Source: Vicugna vicugna (Eukaryota). From it: a DNA stretch of 64,000 nucleotides. A program made the translations under genes and the position numbers. Where the stretch lies: assembly GCA_013265495.1 (NCBI GenBank), contig MU058337.1, positions 4,568,716 to 4,632,715 of the forward strand, given 5' to 3'. The notes under the pieces are model-generated. The model did no database searches and was not told the DNA's origin. It saw only the letters and a program-made list of their open reading frames with translations. Below are positions 1 through 12,530 of this stretch, one piece after another; the stretch's first letter is position 1; each line of letters starts with the position of its first letter.

Positions 1-85
1 TGTAGGGGTGTTGGGAGGTTTAATAGTAATAATGCATCTGAAGTCTCACAGGAGCCCCTGGGTTATAGGAAGTGCTTATTAACTT
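1..85 (+). mobile_element. MIR SINE 3' fragment
   Basis: ggggtgttgggaggtttaatagtaataatgcatctgaag...ataggaagtgcttattaa resembles the MIR 3' tail (gggttgttgtgaggattaaatgagataatgcatgtaaag...gtaagcgctcaataaat). Confidence 0.55.
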
Positions 86-99
86 GCATTCTTTATACC

Positions 100-1055
100 A
101 CTTCATTGAGGTATGATAGACATGTAAAAGCTGTGCATATTTAATGTGTGTCACTGAATTTGGGGATAGTTAGGCAGCTGCTATCACCACCATTAATGCC
201 ATAGACACATCCATCACTTCCCAAAGTTTCCTCTCACCTCTATTACTATTGTTATTATTATTGAGAAGAACATTTAATGTAAAATCCATCTTATTAGAAA
301 ATTTTAAGTATAGAATAGAGTCCTGCTAGCTGTAGGCCCTGGGCTGTACAGTCGATCTCCAAAGCTCATTTCTTTTGCATAACTGAATCTTTGTGCTGTT
401 TGACCTTTACCTCCCTATTTACACCTCCTCCCCCAGCCCCAGGCCATCACCATTCTATTCTGTACTTCTGTGGGTTTGACTTTTTCAGATTCCACATATA
501 AGTGTGATCACACAGTATTTATCTTTCTATGTCTGGCTTATTTCATTTAGCATAAGGTCCTTCAGGTCATGCATGTTGTCACAAATGGCAGGATTTCCCA
601 CTTTCTAACGGCTGAGTGATATTCGGTTGTATGCATATACCATATTTTCTTTATCCACACATCCACCAGCGGACTTTTAGATTGTTTCCGTATCTTGGCT
701 ATTGTGAGTAATCCTGCAATAGTAGCAATGGGAGTACAGGTATTTCTTTGAAATACTGATTTCAGTTCCTTTGGATAAATACCCAGAAGTAGGATTGCTG
801 GAGCAATTTTTAATTTTTTGAGGAAACTCCATACTGTTTTCCATAATGGTTGTATCAATTTACATTCCCACCAGCCGTGTTACCAGGGCTCCCTTTTCTT
901 CCTATTCTGAGCAACATTTGTTATCCTTTTTTTTCACAATTGCCATCCTAACAGGTGTGAGGTGATACTTCATTTTGGTTTTGGTTTACATTTTCTTGAT
1001 GGTTAGTGATGTTGAGCACCTTTTCATGTACCTGTTGGCCTTTTGTATATCGTTT
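100..1055 (-). mobile_element. Old LINE-1 3' end (L1MA8/L1MA9-like): ORF2 C-terminus plus 3' UTR, 5'-truncated
   Basis: Minus-strand ORF 562-858 reads [59 protein letters not shown], the L1 ORF2p C-terminus. Bases 100-560 are a typical L1MA 3' UTR. Confidence 0.93.
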
Positions 1056-1406
1056 TACTGGGCAGGTTACAATAGTTGTAAAATAAGATCCATTAAGACA
1101 GTAGCAGGACAGACTCCTGAGGCTAGTTCTGTGAAGATCATCTTTTCTCTCCTTTATAAAAAACTACCCTCAGACATGATCTTGGATTGTGCCTTTACCA
1201 AACCGAGTTTGCTATGGAGAGCCCTAATGCTGCAGCACATAGGTAAGGATGGGTCTCTTTAAGGCCACATATATGGTGTAGGAGATGGTTGAGGTCCTGA
1301 GGTTTCCTCTGGGTTACCAGGAAATCTAGTCTTTAAAGATGGTACTCTTTGGGCATCTGTGACCTCCTAACATCTATTTATTGCTAGTCTTCTTGTTTGC
1401 TGCATG

Positions 1407-1637
1407 CAGGGTTGCCAAATAAAATGAAAGACACCCATTTAAATTTGAATTTCAGATAAATAAATAAATAAGTAAGTAAATAAATAAATGAATATTACCA
1501 TAAATATGCCTCGAATATTGCACAAGACAGATTTAAACTAAAAATAAAATAAAGCAATCATTATTTATCTGAAATTCAAATTTAACTGGGCATACTATAG
1601 GTTTCCTATTTTTATTTTTTCTAAATCTGGTGCCATG
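1407..1637. mobile_element. MER53 non-autonomous hAT DNA transposon (palindromic MITE) with an internal (TAAA)n expansion
   Basis: Starts cagggttgcca. Inverted arms cccatttaaatttgaatttcagataaataa (1434-1463) and ttatttatctgaaattcaaatttaactggg (1561-1590). Ends ctaaatctgg. Confidence 0.88.
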
Positions 1638-2206
1638 GAAGAATGTTTTGGATTAGATGTTTTTCAGGTTTTATCCTGAAGTAAAATGGTAATATTTCAG
1701 AATAAAGTGGAGGGAAGTACTGCTTATGTAAGAGAAAAGCCTAGATTATAGCATTAAAATGGCTTTATTTGTTGAAATATAATTGAAATATTAATTGTTA
1801 AATGTTAAACATAAATTTAAATATTTAATGTTAAATACAATGGCTACAGATTGATAGTAATAAATAAAATTAGACACTGATGATCCAAGTAGAAGAATGT
1901 CTATTTCTCTGATCCCAAGAATTTAAATTAATTCCGAACCTAAACCTCTTCCAACTAGATACTTACAGCATATTAAAGAGCTTGTTTGATAGTCTGGGTG
2001 TATCCTATTTTAAGAAAGTCTGAAGTTAAAAAAGGTTAAAGTATGATTTTTCATACTTATGAATAATTCCTTACTTTATTAGTGCGTTTAGAATATGTTA
2101 CGTACAAACATTTTATTTACATATATTTTAATGTAGCAATTACTGTTCACCCCAGAACATACTGAATTCTCCCTTCTGTAAACTTTTAAAGTGCTTTCTT
2201 TGATAT

Positions 2207-2935
2207 TCATTCGTTCATTCTTTTAACATGACTAAGCATCTTCTGTGTGCCAAGAATGTGATGGTGCTGAGGATATAAAAATAAATAAGACAGAATGACT
2301 GCCCATGTGGAGCTCACAGCATAGCTCTGGAACGAGAGCAGTAATACTGATATTATAATGCAGTGTGACAAGAGTTACAACAGTGAAATGAACTGCCTCT
2401 AGATCTATGAAAACTGGCTTGGTGGAGCTTTACCAAGTGGTTTGCACTGAAACTGGGTTTTCAAGGCTGAATAAAAGTTTATTGGAGAAGAGGAGAGTTA
2501 AGGCCATTTTAGGGGGAGAGAGAGAGAATAAAAAACCCTCCAACCACCCAGCCTGTGAAAGAACCTGGCATGACTTGTTGATTGCAGGAAAATGCAGGGG
2601 AGCGCAAGCTCTGAAAACGCAGAGCATGTGGAGCTGGTGGTTAGTCTAACGATGGGTAGGATAAGCCCATGAAGGGTTATGTTTGGGTTACGAGTTATTA
2701 TGTTTGGGTTATGAGTTTTGATTTTATTGTCTAGTCAACAGGGAGTTACCCAAAGTTTCAAGTCTGTGAGACCTAATTGTTTGTGCTTCTGGAATGTACC
2801 TGGAATATAGAAACACAGGTGGCCAGTTGCTGTTACAACAGTGTATGGGTCGTAATGCGATGACATAGGAACAGTGTGGTTGTGGTAGGAGTGGAGAGAT
2901 CTTGGGCGGGAAACATTTCTAAGAATTACTAGGAT
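2207..2935 (-). mobile_element. L2 LINE 3' region
   Basis: tcattcgttcattc...ctgtgtgccaag...gctgaggatataaaaataaataagacag...ggagctcacag is the reverse-complement L2 3' end. Degenerate L2-like sequence continues downstream. Confidence 0.75.
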
Positions 2936-3005
2936 TTGAACAATTTTTCTGTTTTTTTTTCTTTAATATGAGGCAGAAGTTTTGAGTATAAAAGATAGGG
3001 TTATG

Positions 3006-3008
<3 letters not shown>

Positions 3009-3044
<36 letters not shown>
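3009..3044. repeat. (TG)n microsatellite
   Basis: About 18 perfect TG units. Confidence 0.98.
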
Positions 3045-3046
<2 letters not shown>

Positions 3047-5129
3047 TGATTTCCCTAAGGCCTTAAGGTCATTAGAGGTGGGGGCCTTCTCCTAACACTT
3101 CTGTTTGGTTCCTCATGGCAGATCGAACAATGCTAATAAAGTCTTGTTACGTTTGAACAAGAAACACAAAATGTATAAGACAAGATCGGGCATATTTGTA
3201 TATCTCTATTTTATTATTATTTTGATAAATCTATTGGGTATTACAGGAATAAACCTGGATGCATAGTGGAAAATTCCTTCTTTACCCCCTTTGGTTAAAT
3301 AAATTAATCCAGGTATCTTATAGCATAATTATCTCATTAAAATTAATCTTTGTATTTAATAATGTCTTCTGTCTTATAATTGTTGCCATTTGCTTTAAAG
3401 TGCACTTGTCTGTACTAATTTTATTTTTGATGTGCCAAAAGAATTGTTCTTTCCATTTTACAGTTAAAGAATTCTGCTAGGAAAGTCTGAGACAGACCAA
3501 AGCATGGAACTTTGAATTCATTTTGTAGCTCAAAGCTTAAATCATAAATCCTGAGACAAAGAAGCAACAAGCAGTGACAATAATAGAAGGAGGGCTTTCA
3601 TGTTCCAAGAAATGTATTACATTAAACTCAAAACAATTAGTGTGCTATCTAAATATTATATATGGATTCTTAATTTTTCTGTGTATTTTTTTTTACTTTA
3701 CTGGCATCTAATGCTATTTGGTTGTAAGTATATTTCATGTGGGTGCATTCAGGTAAGCATGTCAGTTGAGGAGGTCCTGTGTGAGGTTCTCAAACACCCT
3801 AAGGTAACAATGCTTAACCTTGAACAGGTAGAGCCACCTGGCCACAGAGTAGGGAGAGAGTGTGACCTTGTAACAGCCCATTTGAGAATGTCTGCAGCAA
3901 GCTCCTGTGTCACCGTGACTCAGCACCACTCACACATTGACTCCCGGCACAGGGAACACACACAAGAGCAAAGCCAGTCTGTCTGATGGCAATTAGCTTG
4001 AGACACCGGACCTGTGTTCTCAACGGTGCGTCTCTCATGTTCCTGCATCTCGGACTACATCACGAGAAAGCAGAATTTGCTTTCTCACTGCTGCTGAGGA
4101 GAGGGAGAGCTGCAGAATGCATGCTGTTCTACTTTTACTGGGCTGCGGAGGGCATGGTGGTCATTGCTGGGGGCCTTTCGGTGAAGGACGATGACAGAAG
4201 AACAGCAAAGTGTCCGGAGCCTCCATGTGGCAGAAGAGTCACGGCCACTGACACCAGCACTCCAGTGTCAGGCGGTGTGACCTGGGTGTGTAACACAGGG
4301 GCCAGCAACCCCACGGCTGACGTCACAAGACACACATGATTATTTTTTCAGTGAGGAAGTGGGTGAATTGTACTAGTCTGTTGATTGAGAGCACACAATA
4401 CATTCGAGATGAAATCTCTCCAGAAAAACTCCTGTGAAATGGTGTAATGACTGTTGTTACAAAAATGGTTGGATTCTTTTAAAGAAAATAATTCTCCTTG
4501 TTGGCTCTTACTCATACTTATTTAGATCTGGAGGATCCAATTATATGTTAGCTTTCTATGTTATTGAGTTTAGACAGGAGGCGAGTCATGTCACTTCTTT
4601 TCTTCTTGTCACTTCTGTTCTCTTGGTGGGACAAAAGCCCTGAGAGGTGGCATTTGTGGGCCTTTAATACCCAAATTAAAAAGAAGGTAAATTGCATTTT
4701 CTTTACATGTAAGGAAATAATGACCAATTTAGAGTAATTCTGAAATGAAGTCATTGCATTATTGTCAGAGCTGGTAATTCTTTTAAAGTGTTATCATTTC
4801 TGTCTTGCATTTTGTCTTAAGTAGAAAGTGTGATATTTTTGCTGAAACTATCAAATAAACTCAGTATGTTAGCTTCCCAGGGACTCTGAAGCTTTGAATG
4901 CAGAGGAGAGGAGTTCTGGTGAGAGGAAAAAGATCTTCTGAACCACTTCTGATCACAATTCAGAGGAAAAAAGAGGAAAAACTGTATTTATTACCTAATG
5001 TGTTACTTCATTTGTATGTGGTAAACTTTTTCACCCTGTTTCTTTCTTTTAATTCTGAAAGCAATTCTGTGAATTTGTTTATTTGTTTATTTATTTAGCT
5101 AATGAAACAGGCTGAGTTGAGAAGGTGGT

Positions 5130-5745
5130 GAAGAGCTAACATGTTAAAATGCCTGTCATGTAGATACTGTGTTTGGAGTTTAACATGTATTCCCTCATTT
5201 AATTTTCAAAATCAATTTCATTCTTCTAGGTATGTGAATTAGGTTAGGCTGGATTACGCTGTGGCATCAAACAGATCCCACATATCAGTGGCCTAATAAT
5301 GTAAAAGTTTACCTTTTGCTCACACCAAAATCATTATGGTGCCAGGTGACCTTCCAGGGTAATTCCTCCTGTAGTCACTTGGCATTTGAGGCCAAAGAAA
5401 GCACCGTCACCGTGCAGTTACACCGCCCAGAGCTAGGGCCTGCCTGTTTGCTGTGGCAGGGAAAAAGAAACAGAAAACACATGCATGGGTTTTTAAGACC
5501 TCAGCCTGGAAGTTTCCCACATTACTTTCCCTTGTAGCCCGTTGGCCAGAGCTAGTCACATGGCCTCACCTCCCTGCAAGGAGGATGGGAAATGTAAGGA
5601 AACAGGTGGGTGGTGGTGAACATTATGGGTCTGCCCCAGTAATGTAACCCTTTTTTAAGAATGAGAAGACTGAAGTTCAAAAAAGTTAGATCATGTTCCG
5701 CAATTTAGTAACTGGGAGACTAAGTTCTTGAAACTAGGTTTCCCT
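5130..5745 (-). mobile_element. MIR split by an MLT1 LTR insertion
   Basis: MIR-like 5130-5220 (actgtgtttggagtttaacatgtattccctcatttaatt) resumes at ~5645 (ttttaagaatgagaagactgaagttcaaaaaagttag) after the LTR. Confidence 0.6.
5233..5640 (-). mobile_element. ERVL-MaLR solo LTR (old MLT1J/K/L-like)
   Basis: ttaggttaggctggattacgctgtggcatcaaacagatcccacatatcagtggcctaa and ttggccagagctagtcacatggcc..cctgcaaggaggatgggaaatgta are hallmark MLT1J-L blocks. Confidence 0.78.
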
Positions 5746-5830
5746 TAGTCCCAGGAACCTGTCTATGTCCTCTACCTCCACCCTCTCACACACTCTGAAT
5801 ATTTTAGTGATTTAAAGTTAGGTGCGGATC

Positions 5831-6349
5831 TGTGGTGATCAACCTCCAAGGTGGCCCTGGTGAACCTTGACTCCTGGTCTTCATGCCCTTGTGTGGTTTC
5901 CTCCCACAAGGGCTGACTTGTGTAATGAATACAGTATTCAGAAATGACATGAGACTAGGTCATAAAAGACAGTGGCTTCCTCCTTACTCTCTCTTGGTCA
6001 CTTGCTCTGGGAAGAGCCAACTGCCATCATATGAGGACACTAAAGCAGCTCCATGGGGCTCCCATTTGGCCAGGAGCTGAGACCTCTTGCCAACACCCAG
6101 AACCAACTGTCAACCAGGAGAGGGACCCATCTTGAGAGTGGAGGCGACAACCAGTCAGCCGTCTGATGAGTGAGCCCAGACCAACACCCTGACAGCAACA
6201 CCGTGGGAGACCCTGAGCGGGAACCACTCAGCTAAGATGCTTCCAGAGAATTCTTGGCCCACAGAAACTGTGAGATGATAAACATTTACTGCTGTTTTAA
6301 GTTGATAAGTTTTGGGTTGATTTGTTATGCAGCAATAGATAACAATACA
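5831..6349 (+). mobile_element. ERVL-MaLR solo LTR, MLT1F-like
   Basis: TG...CA ends. 3' end cccacagaaactgtgagatgataaa...tttaagttgataagttttgggttgatttgttatgcagcaatagataacaataca is canonical MLT1. Confidence 0.9.
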
Positions 6350-7877
6350 GACCTTTTGAATTACTTCCTTTCATTGTGTTTTCCCTCGATTCTGGGATTC
6401 TCCCTGCTTATGACAGTGAGTTTTAAAACTAGCTGAATTATAAAGTAGTACATTTCACAGTGACTGTCGTACAATTGCATGTAAGGAAATTGTAGTTGAG
6501 TAACTCTTATTATTCAATCTAGTAGTTCTAAGCAAATTTGGTATAAAGATCTGTACTAAAAAATGATATACTATGCTAGTTCAGAAGAGAATTTTTATGA
6601 TCTTTTTTCCAGCAAATGTGTATTTTTCTGCTTTAAGATATTACCTGTCTGAGATTATTTTATGTTTTAAATCACATTGTGAAGTTTTAAGAAAGAACAT
6701 GTGAGGACGTTTTTATGAACAGTTTATTGCAGGGAAGAAGACAGAATATAGAAGTAACTGCTGGCTTCTTGGCAGGGAGGAGTGTTTTCAGTGTTTCAGT
6801 CGGTGCTGTACCGCCTGGGCAGAGGGAGGAAAGAATTTATAAAAAGCAGAGCCTTGCAGTGAAGGGCAGACAGCTGCATGTGAGCCTTCTTATCACTGGC
6901 TCCACTGACGAACCAAAATGTTCACAAAATGCACACAGGGATCGCAGATTTAATTATGTCTTGGGTGCCCTGCCTCATCATTTTCATATGATTGTGCATT
7001 TTTGATAGATTATTAAGAAAGGAACATGTGATACTTACATGTATAATGATTTTCAGAAGTACAATCCTGAACACCAGTATGATGTGTATGAGTATCTTGT
7101 GCCTTTTCATTTTTTAATCCCTCATACTTTTGAATGTTGTACAGTCTTTCAGAAATGGGCTGTAAGATGGGGATCCCAGTGCTTCCCAGGTAGCAGGAGA
7201 GGGAAGGTTGCCAGAGTCAGTAATCTGTGAAGCCCAGTAAGGCAACAGGATGCTGTACTGTCCTATTTAACATTTTCCTAATATCTGTTTCAAAATCTTT
7301 GCTCTATAGGATGAGATGGAATTTTCTTAATGACTTCTAAGCCTCTTCATTGACTCTTCATGCCCATTTCTTTCCACCCCTCATCAGCAAATGCTCTCAC
7401 TGTGTGCTCTAAATTTTCTATCTTGGCGTACTTTGTGCCAGTGCAGAAATGATTAGAGAGAGAACATCATTTAGATGAAACAATGCATTTTTGTTGGAAA
7501 CATGGTTATCTCATTGCAACATAGTGAAGGCAGAGAGTTAAATGAATATGTATTACATTCACATATAAAATTTTGTATGTTTACATACACAAAGATACAG
7601 ACATTATATATATATGTTTATATTTCTTTATTTATATATAGCAATGCATTTGTAAGACTGGGGTTCAGAAATAAGGACCTGACCAAGGGAGTGAGTCAAT
7701 GAGAGATACATTGAAGGCACATCTGACAGATGTTAGGAGACAAACAAAAACAAAGACTCAGAGATAATTCCAAGGTTTCTAAGAAAAAGGCATACTTTAT
7801 ATAGGAATATATAATTATAACGTTTTGACATACAGAACAACTTCTATCAATAGAACCCATAGAGGTGGCTACAGTAG

Positions 7878-8002
7878 GAATTATTATCACCATTTTGTAA
7901 ACAAGAATACAACAGCTCAAAGAATTTTAATTGACTTGCCTAGAGTCTTACAGTGAGTTAGGAACAAAACTGGAAGTTGAATCTGGCAGTTTTGTCTTCA
8001 GA
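7878..8002 (-). mobile_element. MIR fragment
   Basis: attatcaccattttgtaaac...gacttgcctagagtcttacagtgagttagg..aactggaagttgaatctggcag is the MIR core, reverse complement. Confidence 0.7.
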
Positions 8003-8024
8003 TATACTTAGATCTTTCCATTTC

Positions 8025-8185
8025 CAGCGATTCCTCAATCCAGGGTCCATGGATGGTTCTCTGACGGTCCATAAAGTGCTAAAATGTCCCATATACTTGA
8101 GTGTATGTTTGAATTTTCCTGGTGGGAGGACTAAGACTTAGAAATTCTCAAATTGGTCGTGACTCAAGCAGAACTTGAGAACTTT
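8025..8185. mobile_element. Non-autonomous hAT-Charlie-type DNA element fragment
   Basis: Charlie-like terminus cagcgattcctcaatccagggtccatggat and internal attctcaaattggtcgtgac...ttgagaac. Subfamily uncertain. Confidence 0.55.
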
Positions 8186-8797
8186 GTTTCTCCTTGGTTC
8201 CTGTCTGGCCCGCAGGACTTAAAGAATGCTGGGGTGGGAGGGGTAGCCCTACTTGATAATTAGGTCACGGGAAAGTACATTCCTGAGTGAAGAATCCTGA
8301 GTGTGGAATGAAGAGAAAAGAGCAAGAGTGTTGGAATTCAGTGAATTTTTGAGGGAAAGCTTTCCTGGGACTGAGCTAGCTCTGGATCCCAGCTAGGAAA
8401 AGAGGTCAGAGTTAAGAGCTTAGGTTTCATAGATTTTGTGATTAAGCAAAGGACTTGCAGCTCACCAAAATATGCGTAGAGTTTCTAGTCCCTTCTGGCA
8501 TTTCTTCCACAAAGAGTGGATTTTGCATGCCGCTGCGAGCTGAGGACCAACTGTCGAGGAGCTGAACGGGAAAGTCTGGGGAGACTGTGGTTTCTGACCA
8601 CTGTCAGTGTGGTGCTGTGGATGGTTCCAGTGTGGGGAGGTGCCTTTTGTTAAAAACAAGCTTAGATTTTGTTATCAAAGGCCTTTCCCTGCCATTTTAT
8701 AATCTAACAAATCTGTTTACACACCGGAAGTGAAATACTGTTAGGCTTCAGTGACAATATATAAAAATGTCTGTTAAGAAGTTTTTCAATTGCCACA

Positions 8798-8820
8798 ATT
8801 CTTCTTCTTCTTCTTCTTCT
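8798..8820. repeat. (TTC)n short repeat
   Basis: ttcttcttcttcttcttcttct. Confidence 0.9.
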
Positions 8821-10636
8821 CCCTCAGCCGTAGTAACCAGGAAACATTCTTAAGCAGGAAACACTGAAGCAGTAAAGTGGTGAGGCTGGAGTCTGATGCT
8901 GCATGAACAAATTTAGCCTACAGAGAAATACGTTGGTTGGAGTTACTGTGAATATGCTAGCAACTTTCTGATGTTGAATTGAGTCCACCTTGAGGTTTTG
9001 GCCTCTTCTAAAATTTTTGAAACCATAAGAACAAATTGGCATGAAAGTGGTGTCAGGGTAAAGCATCCCTCATTGCCTATAACCTCAAACATGGCCCCGG
9101 AAACTGGTTGTACAGAATAGCTGTTCTTGATCATCTGAGTGTTTACTAAGGGAATTGGTGCAATCACATCAGTATGTGCTATCAATGTGTTGTGCTATCA
9201 CATGATGCAGTATCAATATTTGTGCTGCTGGCAACTCATTAGAGCAAAACGCAGTGGCACTTACAGCACCTTCTCTATAATAAAGTAACAATAATAGTTT
9301 CCTTTAGATCCACTACCATGAACCAGGGTATCCGAATAATCCAAAACTGTTCCACTCTGCACCTATCTCAGGTGGAGATAGGAAAGCTGAAAGTGTGTTT
9401 TGGAGCTAAAGTAGTCAAATGCGCTTAAATCATAGTCTAGACCTTTTTACAAGAGAAGATCCGCTGAGAGATTCTTGACAGAATGCTGCAGGGCACTGAG
9501 TTCCATTCCTCTGAAAAATTCAAAGTATCTCTCTGTTGAATGTTAAATATGAGGGTAAAGAATCTTGGTTATAAATTTGTTGGGGTGGGTAGAGAGGAAA
9601 TCAATCAACCAAACTGTTCAAAATGGCAACAAGACAAAGAGCTCCCAACAGCTGTCATAAACAGTTGATAGAAACATCATATTAAAAATATTTCATATTT
9701 CCTTCAGTCTGAGGAAATACCTTTTGTTTTTCGTTTCATAGTAACAATAAACATTCCTCTCAATGGCAGTCTCATGCCATGGGAAAAGGAGTCTTTTGTA
9801 ACAGAATTTAGTTGACGTGTATTTGAACGCATAGTGTTCTAATCCAGGTTGTACAGAACATACATTTTATAGCTGTTTAGAGTTTACAAAGCTCTTTGAA
9901 CATCTGTTATCTCATTGAATAGGCTGGAGTCCTATTTCTGATTTCCCAGCTGACCTACCATGTGAAATGTAGAAAATTGTTAAACCTTTCATAGACTCTC
10001 TTTTTCTTGTAGAATGAGGAAATTAATGCTATCCTAAATGAGTGGGTTTTTCCACATAGATTAATAAGAGTATGTTTTCTCTATAAATAAATTAGCAACC
10101 ACAATGACTGAAGGTCACAATCAACTGCTCTAAATGTTAAGTCAAGTTAACTACTTAATTTGAGTTTTGGAGTGCATTAATTTTACATATGGTTAGAAGA
10201 GCTTGGTGTAGAATTACATCTCTGATATTTCAGTGTTTTTCTTTCATGTGTATATATCTCTTAAAATAACAATTTTTTTTAATATTTCACATGATAACAA
10301 AGTTAAATCAATCTATAGTAGAATAAAAATCATATGTCTTAATGGTTTAGTTTTCTTAACATTATCATTATTTTTAATTAATTTTTCCCTGTGGAAGGTA
10401 AATCTTTATTTTTCAGTATCTCAAACAAATAATTTATTCCACTTGGATTTAATCTGTAATTTTTTTCTTCATAATATGGCTAAAGATAACTCAGTATTAT
10501 TTTAATCAGGTTTTTAAAGTTTCGTATTGCAATATAGTGATTTAAAGTTTAAATTCTTTTTCTTTTGCTTATATGAACTTTACAAATAAATATCAAAATG
10601 AAATCCTTTTTGTTTGTTTGGCAATGAATAAAATAG

Positions 10637-11170
10637 TGATGTGGGTGGTGCTGGAGAGGGGGCAATTTCCCCATCTATTCCTCTTGAGTTCTTGTGGCTG
10701 AAACTGACACAAGACAGATTAACGGGAGAAAAAGAAACAGTTTAATTAGTTAGCATGGGGGTCTCTTAGAAATGGGACCTAGGAAGTGGCTAAAGCAGGC
10801 AACTATTATTTTTTTAGACTAAGAAACAATAAATTTGAGAGGAATTGACAGGAAAAAGAAACCTAGGCTGGGTGCTTAATTAGTAAGGAGTTTAAGCGAA
10901 GTTTGGGTAGCAAATTAGTGAAGAAGTAACAAGGTTTGTTTTCATAGGCTTCTCAGGCCCCGAGTTCCCTGTCTCTGGAGATGAGGGTGTCCTTCTACCT
11001 CCAGATGCAGGGATGCAGCTTTCACATGGGAGCTTTATTTCCTGCCTTCAGAAGAGAGAGAGAAGGGTCAAAGTGTCCCTCTTGCACTGGTCATTTCTTA
11101 AGTAACTTTAATTAAAAAAAAATCAATGTTCCATTGAGGCATATTTTAGGGTGGCTTGCCCTAGGCCCCA
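10637..11170 (-). mobile_element. ERV1-class solo LTR (MER41/MER4-group-like) with an intact 4-bp TSD
   Basis: Begins TGA at 10637 and ends CA at 11170. Flanked by ATAG on both sides (10633-10636, 11171-11174). Contains aagacagattaacgggagaaaa and ggcatattttagggtggc blocks typical of this LTR group. Confidence 0.85.
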
Positions 11171-11499
11171 ATAGTTGCATGGTTTCTGTTGTCAACAAAC
11201 TCTTAGTGTGGCAAGGAAGAGAGGTAAACATGCTTATTGAACATACAAGGACTGAGTTAAGACAGTAGTAGCGTACATGGAGATAGAACCATTGATTTGG
11301 GCCTGCAGCCAAGTGCCCCTGTATCATTCTGTTTATATTGCAATTGTCCTTTTGATAATGTTTTATTAGAATGAGTAAAGTTTCCATTTCATCTGCTAAA
11401 TATTTTACCGCTTTGGGCAGAAGCATTCTTATTTATCTCAGTATCTCTAATCCTTACCTTGTTTTATGCTCATTAAATATTTACTGAATTCAGTTTGTT

Positions 11500-11900
11500 G
11501 GGCAGAAGTTAGAAGAGCTCACACAGGAGATAACACTTTTTAGCAAATGAGATAACATTTAACATGGGCCTTGAAGAATGACGAGGCAGAAAAAGGACAG
11601 AATAGAGGTGAAAAGGGAAGTTCCACTCCAGCAAAAATCAGGAAGGAACAAAAGTCTGTGAAGTGCTTGGAAAATGGTGACAGTGTGAGGGAGTGGCCAG
11701 AAATGGAGATGAAATGGTAAACTCAGGCCTCAATTTGAAGGGCCTTGACTCTGGTGATAATGAACTTAGAATCTTCTGGAAACATCAGATCAGATCAGTT
11801 TCTGGAAGTAGTGAGGAAGCTTCCAGAAGCAGTGACACTGGAATGAAGGCTATGACAATAAGCCAAATAAGAGAAGAATGGAGAAGAGGACATGCATTCA
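11500..11900 (-). mobile_element. Degenerate L2 fragment(s)
   Basis: gagataacatttaacatgggccttgaagaatg...gaagggccttgac...gaacttagaatcttc resembles the L2 3' region. Confidence 0.5.
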
Positions 11901-12503
11901 AGAGACAAGCCTGAGGGAGTCTGGGTTCCAGACGCCAGTGTGCCGCCGTATCAGCCCTGGACACTAACACTTGGACTGTTATTTGACAAATAAAAGAAAC
12001 CCCTCATGTTTAAGCTAATGCTCCTCCTGGACCACGAGTAATTGCAAGATGAGAGTGTTGGGCATCTGACACACTGTGAATGAGGACATTTGTGTTTTAC
12101 TTGGAACTGCTCTGATTTGACGGTCTGTCTTGAAATGGGGTGCCCTGAAAAGAGCACGTCCGTTAATAGTGCAGTGTTTTATAGTGCACTCCTTAATTTT
12201 TTATTAAGACACAGATATTGTTTGTTCCATAAGTTTGGCATAGGTATCTTAGCTTGCCCTCTTTGTTTTTCATCATAAATTCTATAAATCAGGCAATGAT
12301 ATAATTTGATACAATAGGATATGTTTTAGAATTACCTTCAAATGAAGCAGCAGTCCGCTATGCCCTTTGCTTTGCAGCTTATGCCCTAGGTGCGGAGACT
12401 GTAAGTTACCTCCTGGTGTTCATGGCCTATTTTCTGCATCACTTACTCAACAGACAGGCTCTGTGCACTAACAGAATGAATGTATCTGATGATGGTGTGA
12501 TTT

Positions 12504-12530
12504 TGTGTGTGTGTGTGTGCGTGTGTGTGT
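12504..12530. repeat. (TG)n microsatellite, imperfect
   Basis: tgtgtgtgtgtgtgtgcgtgtgtgtgt. Confidence 0.9.

Noticed and set aside
562..858. 98-aa ORF as a gene
   Set aside because: Decayed L1 ORF2 C-terminus.
1520..1545. miR-1302 gene within MER53
   Set aside because: The segment corresponding to the mature miRNA is heavily diverged, and the central hairpin is disrupted.
8798..8885. Strong-looking acceptor (TTC)n-ccctcag as a coding exon
   Set aside because: The pyrimidine tract is a microsatellite, and all three downstream frames stop within about 40 nt.
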